Source: a bacterium (GTDB taxonomy: Bacteria; Patescibacteriota; Minisyncoccia; Phycocordibacterales; UBA2100). From it: a stretch of 64,000 nucleotides of DNA. Positions 48,407 to 56,103 of this stretch are shown piece by piece. Within the stretch, counting starts at the first letter, position 1; each line of letters starts with the position of its first letter. Location of the stretch: the NCBI GenBank assembly GCA_038128225.1, contig JAYPJF010000002.1, positions 191,751 through 255,750 of the forward strand, read 5' to 3'. Position numbers and translations under genes: made by a program. The notes beneath the pieces are model-generated. The model ran no database searches and was not told the DNA's origin. It was given only the letters and a program-made list of their open reading frames with translations.

Positions 48407-48867
48407 CTGCCGTATCTTGAAAATAGCAATCCGTTATATAAAAGAGAATCCCAATTCTAGGATTCTTTTTTAAAAAATAATGTAGGAAAAAAATAATTAG
48501 TATCAACTCAATATGTCTTAAATATTGGGTCAGTACTAAAACACCTCAACTTAATATCTGGTCAGTATTTTCTTAGTACTAAGCACTTATGCACAGATTT
48601 TCCATGTTCCAAAATACTTTCTTCCTTAAGGCAAGAGTGATTGCTATTTGGGACGAAAATCAGGCATAATGGAAAGACAACTGAATATTGGCTCGCAAGA
48701 GCAGCGACCTAAACCGTCTGAAAAGGCGGCATGGTCGAGGAATCGCGTTCAACATAAAAAACCCGTTATTAGGGCGTTGAACGCGTTATGGAGGGAAACT
48801 TCCATAGAGGTCTTCGGACCTTCCTAGTAGCGGGCTTTTTGTTTGGTTGCTTATCAAAGAAACCAAA

Positions 48868-49119
48868 TATATGTCATTTCTTTTACATGCGTTGCAGGCA
48901 CTAGGTCTGTATCTTCTTTACGGCAAAATCTCTGCCCTTTTATGGTGGGGATTGCTTGCCCTTTTCGTGGCTTTCTATTTTGCAGGAAAAACCTACTACA
49001 ACGTATCGGATTCAGACGACCAAAAGGTAAAAGCTTTTTGGTATCAGATTCGGTCTCTCGTATTTATTACTGATATCGTTTCAGTGTTAGCTCTATATGG
49101 CTATTTCTTCCTACGATAA
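48868..49119 (+). CDS. Hypothetical small membrane protein
   Basis: Three hydrophobic helices. Lies immediately upstream of the 804-aa gene. Confidence 0.3.
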   Translation, partial: YMSFLLHALQALGLYLLYGKISALLWWGLLALFVAFYFAGKTYYNVSDSDDQKVKAFWYQIRSLVFITDIVSVLALYGYFFLR

Positions 49120-49173
49120 TGGATTTTTACTGTATGCCCCAAAAGTCTTCATTTTTGCTAAAATTAATACCTA

Positions 49174-51588
49174 ATGAAAGGCACCGCAAACGTAAAACTT
49201 AGACCTCTGAAATTTGCCTTTTTGGTGAATCCAAATGATTCTAAAAGTCTTGCGCGTGCTTTGGAACTCAACGCTTCTTTATGGGGTGGCAGTTACAACC
49301 CGATAATTCCAACTTTCAATCGTATTCCAGCAGTTTGGCGTAAACGTGGAGATGTTTTTGGACACACAGGTAAAACCATCCTCAAGGGGTATATTGATGC
49401 CTTTAACCCAGACTTTCTGGTTCCACTGGGTGACTGTAAAAAAATGAAGCTTGATGATTTTGGTCGTGATGTAGTTGATGATAAAAATCTTGAGGTAAAC
49501 ACCGCAGACGGAACACCAAATTACGGTGTGGGCATTTTTGAAGTGCTGAAAGGCTTTTTCGATAAAGAACTGAAATTCAAAAGACGATATCCAATAAATT
49601 TTATTTTTCCTATTCTTCCTAAAAAGAATAGGCTTTTTTATCAGAGCATCTTTGGATTACCTTCTAAAGAAATACAAGATGTTCTTGTTGAACATTGGCG
49701 AGAACCGCTTGGCGCTACAGATAAAGAGATAGGCTTTGAGAACTATCTTACTGAAATGCTCGCTTATTATCCAAGAAAGCTGATGCGGTTTGAGATTGAA
49801 GCTTCAAATCGTTCGGGTTGGCAGAAAGGTGAATGCATATTTTTAATGGACGCAAGCAATAATCACGACATTATTGATTATTGGAACCTAAGAGCTAATG
49901 GCTGGTCGGTGCTGCCCGTTGCCATTCAAGGCATGCATCTTGATGCGGTAAAAAACGAGGCTCAAAAATTCATCGAGGAGACTTCGGGTGTTAGTAGGCA
50001 CAATACTCAAATTTATTATCACGCCAATTTGATGAAGGCGCGAAGTGTAGATGAGAAGCATGTAAAAGATTTTGCCGCCTCGCTTTCTCCTAAGCCTGAC
50101 GAAAAGGCACGAGGTTCACGATTCTCAATTCAAGCTTGGTATCCGCGAATGTGGGATGAGTGGGCACGCCATAAAGATGGAGTTGGATTTTGTGAAGTCG
50201 AGAGCAAGTCTAAAAGCTATGACTTTAATGATGAGTCTGATGAGGTTTCGGTAAAAACAGTAGACCCTAAATTTGCTTTTAGGTTCGGAGGACACAACAG
50301 TTATTTTAGGTTTGCGAATGACGTTGCGACTAATAACTACAGTTACGATGACCTATATGCTGATGTGATACCTGAAGGTGGAGAACATCTCACCCGCGCA
50401 CTTAGCTCAATTCATTTTGATGAATGGCGTTTTTCCAAAAGAGGAGCCACTTACATGTCCAAATTTAAAGGTTGGACCATTCATATAAAAGTTCCGAAAG
50501 CAGAAGATGTTTTTACAGCCTGGATGAAAGACCAAGGTCTAGAAATAAACCTGTCTGCTCCAGGGAAAATAGCCAAGCAGATGATAAAACACCTGGGAGG
50601 CATACACGGTACAAATACCCTCGCTAACGAGCACATGATTGCTCTCCTGAAGAACATGGAGTCGGGCAAAGAAATGAATAAGGACCAGTTTTGGGGTGAA
50701 ATATCCAAAGTGGCTTCAACCAGAACCTTTAGGCAAGATGCATCAGAACTACTGAAACATTACGTTGAGAAAAAAATGTTTCAGCTAGGAGTTACTCTTC
50801 AGTGTCCAACCTGCACGCACAGTTCTTGGTACGACATTAAAGCTCTTAATTATGTCGTTACATGTACGAACTGCTTGGAGGAGTTTAATATCCCCACCCA
50901 TTCGCCTAATGATATTAAATGGGCGTACAAAACAAGCGGACCTTTTGGACTTCCTAAAAGAGCAGAAGGCGTGTATCCCACACTTCTAACTTTGCGCATT
51001 TTCTCTTCTCTTTTTCACCATAGCCCAATAACTCCGATGCTTAGTTTTGAAACTAAAATCAAAAATGTGGCGATGGAAGTTGACCTTGGTTTATTTTTCA
51101 GGAAATCTCAATTTAGAGAGGAGGACGAAACACGAGTTATTTTTGCTGAATGCAAATCTGAAAACAGCTTTGCTAAAAGTGATATAGATAAGATGAAATT
51201 AATCGCCGAAAAGTTCCCTGGTGCTGTATTGGTATTTGCGACTCTTAAGGAAGAGCTAAACTCAAAAGAAGTTGCTCTACTCAAACCACTTGTAAATAAA
51301 TGCCGCCGATATTACAAAAACGAGGAGCCTTATAACCCAGTAATGATTCTCACCAAGACAGAATTGTTTTCTTCTTGGGATTTGAATCAGACCTGGAAAG
51401 AAAAAGGCGGTAAATATGCCCCCTTCGGCGACAGACACTATTACGGCGATGAGTTGCTTAGCGTGTGTGATGCAACGCAGCAACTATATTTAGGCATGAA
51501 GCCTTGGAATGATTTTATACACGAGCAGTTTGAAAAGAGGAGGAAAAAGAAAGCATTAGCAACACCAGGAACGGCGCTAAACCCGTGA
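49174..51588 (+). CDS. Large orphan protein (804 aa) with central CxxC...CxxC zinc ribbon and C-terminal PD-(D/E)xK-like motif
   Basis: CPTCTHSSWYDIKALNYVVTCTNC zinc ribbon. EVDLGLFF...RVIFAECKS fits hhD...ExK. No match to any family I recognise. Confidence 0.45.
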   Translation: MKGTANVKLRPLKFAFLVNPNDSKSLARALELNASLWGGSYNPIIPTFNRIPAVWRKRGDVFGHTGKTILKGYIDAFNPDFLVPLGDCKKMKLDDFGRDVVDDKNLEVNTADGTPNYGVGIFEVLKGFFDKELKFKRRYPINFIFPILPKKNRLFYQSIFGLPSKEIQDVLVEHWREPLGATDKEIGFENYLTEMLAYYPRKLMRFEIEASNRSGWQKGECIFLMDASNNHDIIDYWNLRANGWSVLPVAIQGMHLDAVKNEAQKFIEETSGVSRHNTQIYYHANLMKARSVDEKHVKDFAASLSPKPDEKARGSRFSIQAWYPRMWDEWARHKDGVGFCEVESKSKSYDFNDESDEVSVKTVDPKFAFRFGGHNSYFRFANDVATNNYSYDDLYADVIPEGGEHLTRALSSIHFDEWRFSKRGATYMSKFKGWTIHIKVPKAEDVFTAWMKDQGLEINLSAPGKIAKQMIKHLGGIHGTNTLANEHMIALLKNMESGKEMNKDQFWGEISKVASTRTFRQDASELLKHYVEKKMFQLGVTLQCPTCTHSSWYDIKALNYVVTCTNCLEEFNIPTHSPNDIKWAYKTSGPFGLPKRAEGVYPTLLTLRIFSSLFHHSPITPMLSFETKIKNVAMEVDLGLFFRKSQFREEDETRVIFAECKSENSFAKSDIDKMKLIAEKFPGAVLVFATLKEELNSKEVALLKPLVNKCRRYYKNEEPYNPVMILTKTELFSSWDLNQTWKEKGGKYAPFGDRHYYGDELLSVCDATQQLYLGMKPWNDFIHEQFEKRRKKKALATPGTALNP

Positions 51589-51830
51589 AGACCTCGAACT
51601 TGACACATTTTGACAACCCTCCAGTAGACAAAGTAAAATATGAGGACAGTATGATGACGCGAGAGAAATTTCTGACCCTTAAGGAAGTTGCGAAAATTCT
51701 GCGTGTCAGCGAGAGGTCAATTTTCCGTTATATTCACGGCGGCAAGTTGAAGGCAAGCAAAATTGGGTACTGGCGAATACGCGAAAAGGACCTTGAGGAC
51801 TTTCTCGCAAAGAACCGCGCTTCAAAGTAA
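51585..51830 (+). CDS. Excisionase/MerR-like HTH (HTH_17) DNA-binding protein
   Basis: LTLKEVAKILRVSERSIFRYI helix-turn-helix. GTG start overlaps the upstream stop. An alternative Met start lies near 51651. Confidence 0.55.
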   Translation: MKTSNLTHFDNPPVDKVKYEDSMMTREKFLTLKEVAKILRVSERSIFRYIHGGKLKASKIGYWRIREKDLEDFLAKNRASK

Positions 51831-51834
51831 CAAT

Positions 51835-52767
51835 ATGAAAACGGCAACTGCATCAAAAATGACAATCAACAAGAAACCTGCAAAGAAGGCGGCAAAAAAG
51901 ACGTACAAAATTATTGACCTTTTTGCGGGTATCGGCGGCTTTCACATTGCTTTCCACAATCTCGGCGTAGAAACAGTTTTTGCGAGCGAATGGGACGAGC
52001 ACGCACGTAAAACTTACGAGCACAATTTCAAGAAAATTACGCCTTCTCTTTTTGAGAACGGAAACTTTGCAGGCGACATCACAAAGGTAGATGCGGCTTC
52101 AATCCCTGATTTTGATATTTTGACCGGCGGTTTCCCTTGCCAGCCGTTCAGTCAGGCGGGTTTCAAAAAAGGTTTTTCTGATGTGCGCGGGACACTTTTC
52201 TTTGACATCGTTCGCATCATTGATACAAAACGCCCAGTCGCTTTCTTTATTGAAAATGTACGTCATCTCCTCAACCACGATGACGGCAAAACCTTTGCGA
52301 CAATCAAAAAAGTAATTGAGGAGGACTTGGGGTACTCTTTCCACGCAAAAATAATAAAAGCGTCCGACTTCGGCTTGCCGCAACACCGACCTCGCCTGTA
52401 TATGGTCGGTTTCCGTGACAAAAAAATACCTTTCAATTTCCCTGAACCGATACCGCTTCAAGCGAGTATGTCTGATGTATTCGGAGCACCCGTGAACAAA
52501 AAAGTGGGTTATACCCTCCGACTTGGCGGCCGCGGTTCTGGTCTGCACGACCGCAGAAATTGGGATACTTACCTCGTCAAAGGAAAGGCCCGCAGATTGT
52601 CACCGAAAGAAGGAAAGAAAATGATGGGCATACCAGACGATTTTGAGTTTCCTGTGTCAGAAGCACAGGCAATGAGGCAACTCGGCAACAGTGTCGCTGT
52701 AAATGCGATACAGGCCACTGCCGCGGAAATTATCAACTCACTCAACAACTACTATGGCAAAAGGTAA
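51835..52767 (+). CDS. DNA (cytosine-5)-methyltransferase
   Basis: Motif I DLFAGIGGF, motif IV GFPCQPFS and motif VI ENV. C-terminal QLGNSV. Confidence 0.9.
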   Translation: MKTATASKMTINKKPAKKAAKKTYKIIDLFAGIGGFHIAFHNLGVETVFASEWDEHARKTYEHNFKKITPSLFENGNFAGDITKVDAASIPDFDILTGGFPCQPFSQAGFKKGFSDVRGTLFFDIVRIIDTKRPVAFFIENVRHLLNHDDGKTFATIKKVIEEDLGYSFHAKIIKASDFGLPQHRPRLYMVGFRDKKIPFNFPEPIPLQASMSDVFGAPVNKKVGYTLRLGGRGSGLHDRRNWDTYLVKGKARRLSPKEGKKMMGIPDDFEFPVSEAQAMRQLGNSVAVNAIQATAAEIINSLNNYYGKR

Positions 52768-53833
52768 TAAAGGCGAATGGAGTGAGTTCTATACGTTCCT
52801 GAAACTGCTTGCAGAAAAGCAGTTGAACGGTGCGGACGAAAATCTGCAAAAGATAGAGGATATTTTCTATCCGATTTTGAAAGTAATCCGCGAAGAAGCA
52901 ACGGGCAGAATGGATTACGAACTTGCCGAAAACAACAAAGTGAAGGTTGTGCAAACAGGTACAGAAGTCGCCCTCGTAGATGCTTCGGACCTCAAGTCGA
53001 AAGTGGTCCAGATATTTCAGACAATACGCGACAATCAGGATACTACTTTTGAAATCCCAGAAGCGGACGAACTGATGACTCGGTTCCATTCAAAGAAGTT
53101 GAGCGCTGGTAACTCTCACAAGGAAGACATCACTCTCAAAATTCACGACCGTATTACGGGCGCAATGCCGGAAGTCGGGTTCAGCATCAAATCAATGCTC
53201 GGTGCGGCATCCACACTTCTCAACCCTTCCGCCGCAACCAACTTTATTTACAAAATCTCGGGCCTTGATGAGAGTAAGATAGACGAAATAAACGCAATTG
53301 ATACTCGCTCAAAAGTACGTGACCGTCTTTCAGCAATTGTTGCGGCTGGCGGCAGTTTCTCCTATGCGGGCATCAGTTCAGATACGTTCACAAAAAACTT
53401 GAGGCGGGTGGATACGGTTCTGCCTGAAATAATGGCGCAGCTTCTTCTTGCCTTCTATCTCGGTAAGGGCAACGGGTTGCCAGACCTTATTTCAAATTTG
53501 GGTGACGGAGAAACCAACATTCTCACCTTCACGCTGGACCGCTCCGATTACGAGTTCAAGGTCAAAGGTCTCTTGCACAATGTAGCCCTCGGAATGGTGC
53601 CCGATACCGCTTGGGACGGCCTTATACGCGCTCACGGGGGCTATATCATCGTCAGGGAGGACGGAGAGGTGGTCTGTTACCACGTCTACAACGCAGATGC
53701 TTTCAGGTCTTACCTGTACAAGAACACCCGATTTGATACCCCCAGCACGACCCGCTACGGGTTCGGGAAGGTCTACAAGGAAGGCAACGACCTTTTCATG
53801 AAACTGACCCTGCAAATCAGGTTCATCAGATAA
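52754..53833 (+). CDS. Type II restriction endonuclease (HpaII-family-like) paired with the C5-methyltransferase
   Basis: Overlaps the methyltransferase stop by 14 nt. N-terminus MAKGNKGEWSEFYTFLKLL resembles R.HpaII-family proteins as I recall them. Confidence 0.5.
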   Translation: MAKGNKGEWSEFYTFLKLLAEKQLNGADENLQKIEDIFYPILKVIREEATGRMDYELAENNKVKVVQTGTEVALVDASDLKSKVVQIFQTIRDNQDTTFEIPEADELMTRFHSKKLSAGNSHKEDITLKIHDRITGAMPEVGFSIKSMLGAASTLLNPSAATNFIYKISGLDESKIDEINAIDTRSKVRDRLSAIVAAGGSFSYAGISSDTFTKNLRRVDTVLPEIMAQLLLAFYLGKGNGLPDLISNLGDGETNILTFTLDRSDYEFKVKGLLHNVALGMVPDTAWDGLIRAHGGYIIVREDGEVVCYHVYNADAFRSYLYKNTRFDTPSTTRYGFGKVYKEGNDLFMKLTLQIRFIR

Positions 53834-53837
53834 AAAT

Positions 53838-54251
53838 ATGGCGGACCGCATCTCACAATCACAGCGGTCAAAAAATATGGCCGCAGTCAAAAGCCGCGGC
53901 AATAAAACCACGGAGCAAAAACTTCTCGTTCTTTTGAGAGAAAATAAAATTACAGGTTGGCGCAGGCACTACAAGAAACTTGCCGGCACACCCGACTTTG
54001 CCTTTCCTAAACGGAAGGTGGCGGTCTTCGTTGACGGCTGTTTCTGGCACGGGTGCGAATGCTCAAGTATTCCTAAAACAAACAGAAAGTTTTGGAAAGA
54101 GAAGATAAATGGAAATATCAAAAGAGACAAACTCGTGGTTTCACTGCTACGTAAAAAGGGATGGTTTCCAATCCGCATCAAAGAACATGAATTCAAAAAT
54201 AATAAAATACCCACCAACCTTTTAAACAGACTTGGTGTTAAATACGGATGA
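53838..54251 (+). CDS. vsr: Very short patch repair endonuclease Vsr
   Basis: FVDGCFWHGC motif and about 137 aa. Located downstream of the C5-methyltransferase and endonuclease. Confidence 0.85.
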   Translation: MADRISQSQRSKNMAAVKSRGNKTTEQKLLVLLRENKITGWRRHYKKLAGTPDFAFPKRKVAVFVDGCFWHGCECSSIPKTNRKFWKEKINGNIKRDKLVVSLLRKKGWFPIRIKEHEFKNNKIPTNLLNRLGVKYG

Positions 54252-54291
54252 CTTTTGGATAGGTTGTCCTGTGGCGGTATTTCCTCGGCAC

Positions 54292-54330
54292 GGGGGGCCA
54301 CTTTGGGGGGATACCTAGGGGGTATGGGGG
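54292..54330 (+). repeat. Four consecutive G5-6 tracts (G-quadruplex-forming motif)
   Basis: GGGGGG-N7-GGGGGG-N7-GGGGG-N3-GGGGG read directly. Confidence 0.5.
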
Positions 54331-54758
54331 TATTTTTTAACTTAATACTAAGTCAGTACTACGCAGCTCTGGCACATAAAAATCGTCCGAGTTATCCTGA
54401 ATCCACGTTCGGATTGCCTCAACGGTGTGGAGCTTGGTAACGCTTGGGATTTCTTGTGAATCGTTGTTTGTCGCCTTTAAGTGTCTATACTTAGTGCATG
54501 ACAAACAATGATGTAGAACTTGTAGATGTGGTTGATGAGAAGGGCAATGTTTTGGAAGTAGTGCCTAAACCGGACGCTCATAAGCGGGGGCTTCTTCACA
54601 AGACAGTAATGGAGCATTACGCAACGACTATCTCTGAGGCCGATAACTTCAAATACCGATTATTTCTTTTTAGTTTCGCCCGCTAATATTGACATACTGT
54701 CGTATCTGTGATATCGTTAGTGCGGCTATCGTGTCCTTTAGATATTGGGAGAAAGCAA

Positions 54759-55172
54759 ATGAGCCTCACCATTGAGGACGAAATCTCTGGCAAGCCCGTC
54801 GTCATCGAGCGTCCGCTTCTGGCCGAGCACATCAAGGTCAACCAGGTGCTCTGGTACAACGGCTTCACCAGCGTCGGCAGCTGGGATTGCCCCGCAATCA
54901 TCACGCAGGTGGACGACAAGAAGAAGCGTTTCCGCGTCCGCTCGCTCGACGACATGAGAGAGCAAGACCAATGGTACAAGTTCTCCGTCTCGAAGCATTC
55001 GTCGGGAAGCCGCAAGACGATGCGTGTCGTCGAGCCTACCGAGGTCAAAGCGTACCTCGAGAAGCGCAGGCCGCAGCTCCAGGAGGCCGTCGAGGACGAG
55101 AAAGCGTCCCTTCAGCGGGCAGAAGCCGCTCTGAAGCACTTCGACGACATCCTGGCGACTCTGAACATCTGA
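54759..55172 (+). CDS. Hypothetical protein (GC3-rich, foreign-looking)
   Basis: RBS GGGAGA. Strong G/C third-position bias unlike its neighbours. A UUCG-loop terminator follows. Confidence 0.4.
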   Translation: MSLTIEDEISGKPVVIERPLLAEHIKVNQVLWYNGFTSVGSWDCPAIITQVDDKKKRFRVRSLDDMREQDQWYKFSVSKHSSGSRKTMRVVEPTEVKAYLEKRRPQLQEAVEDEKASLQRAEAALKHFDDILATLNI

Positions 55173-55194
55173 AGTGTCGCTGCACCGCCCTATC

Positions 55195-55230
55195 GAGAGC
55201 CGCCTGGCTTCGGTCGGGCGGTTTTCATTT
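55195..55230 (+). terminator. Rho-independent terminator
   Basis: gccgcctggc-ttcg-gtcgggcgg hairpin followed by TTTTCATTT. Confidence 0.6.
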
Positions 55231-55428
55231 GGCTAAGTCGGGAATGTAAAAGTACCCCGAATGTGTCTGGAAATAGGTTCTGACTTCAGACACAATGTGG
55301 AGCAAACGATTTTTAGTTTTAACAGAGCCGCTTTATTTTTAATCCGTGAAGAGAGTAGTAGAGTCGTAGCCTCGACAATTTTTATAAGTAAAGTATAACG
55401 AATTTGGCAACAGTTGGAGGACGCACCG

Positions 55429-55932
55429 ATGTCAGACAAAGGAATGGTTGAGAACGCTCGCGAGGCGGGCAAGCCAGCGCAACAGCCTGGCGATCGAGAA
55501 CTTTTGCTTCAGGTCGTAATGTTGCAAACAATGCTGAACTCGAAAATGTTTGAGTTTATGCGCGAATATCAGCAGCAAGACAACTGGGGAACCGACCGAG
55601 CCTTATTCCGAGATGGGTCTGGCCGCAAAACAAAGGTAGCTAATTTATTCGATGAGGTGAACCGGGTTGGTTGCTTGTTGAGTGAGGCCGTCTCCGCGTT
55701 TGCAGGAGAACGACTGTACGAAAAGCGAGATGAGAACGGCCGGGTAGTTGCCTTTTGCACAGTATGCGAAAAAGAAACTCCTTTCAGAAGGGAAATCGAC
55801 TCCCCTTACGGAATGCTTGAAGCGTATTTTCGTGATTGCGAACGACTCGTATGCACGATTTGCGATCGCGATACGATCTATCCCGGCGATGAACGGTTGC
55901 CTAGACTCAACTCGATCTTTCGTACCAGGTAG
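55429..55932 (+). CDS. Hypothetical protein with C-terminal zinc ribbon (CTVC...CTIC)
   Basis: GGAGG RBS 8 nt upstream. A terminator follows. Confidence 0.4.
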   Translation: MSDKGMVENAREAGKPAQQPGDRELLLQVVMLQTMLNSKMFEFMREYQQQDNWGTDRALFRDGSGRKTKVANLFDEVNRVGCLLSEAVSAFAGERLYEKRDENGRVVAFCTVCEKETPFRREIDSPYGMLEAYFRDCERLVCTICDRDTIYPGDERLPRLNSIFRTR

Positions 55933-55962
55933 CAACCTCGCGAGTACAGCGAACAAGCGAGA

Positions 55963-55994
55963 CCGCTTGGCATCTGCCAGGCGGTTTTCTTTTT
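55963..55994 (+). terminator. Rho-independent terminator
   Basis: ccgcttggca..tgccaggcgg stem followed by TTTTCTTTTT. Confidence 0.65.
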
Positions 55995-56103
55995 AAACAA
56001 TCGGCATCTGCATCCTTTCTGTCTGTACTGAAAAAGGATCGAGGCCCAGAAACAGATGCGGCCGCCCTTGTGGGCGGCCGCATTATACTTTCCTTGCCGC
56101 GAC

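Larger units (their letters stand above)
45041..54360. mobile_element. Integrated AT-rich genomic island / integrative element abutting tRNA-Asn
   Basis: The recombinase stop codon and last four codons lie inside the tRNA 3' end. GC drops abruptly. The cargo is a replication-like ATPase, an orphan 804-aa protein, an HTH and an R-M+Vsr module. An iteron-like repeat lies at 54343-54360. The right boundary is approximate. Confidence 0.55.

Noticed and set aside
54250-54450. Direct repeat of the tRNA-Asn 3' end at the far end of the island
   Set aside because: I could not find a copy of CCTACCCGCGGAGCCA. Serine-recombinase att sites do not generate long direct repeats, so the right boundary was set from composition and repeat evidence only.
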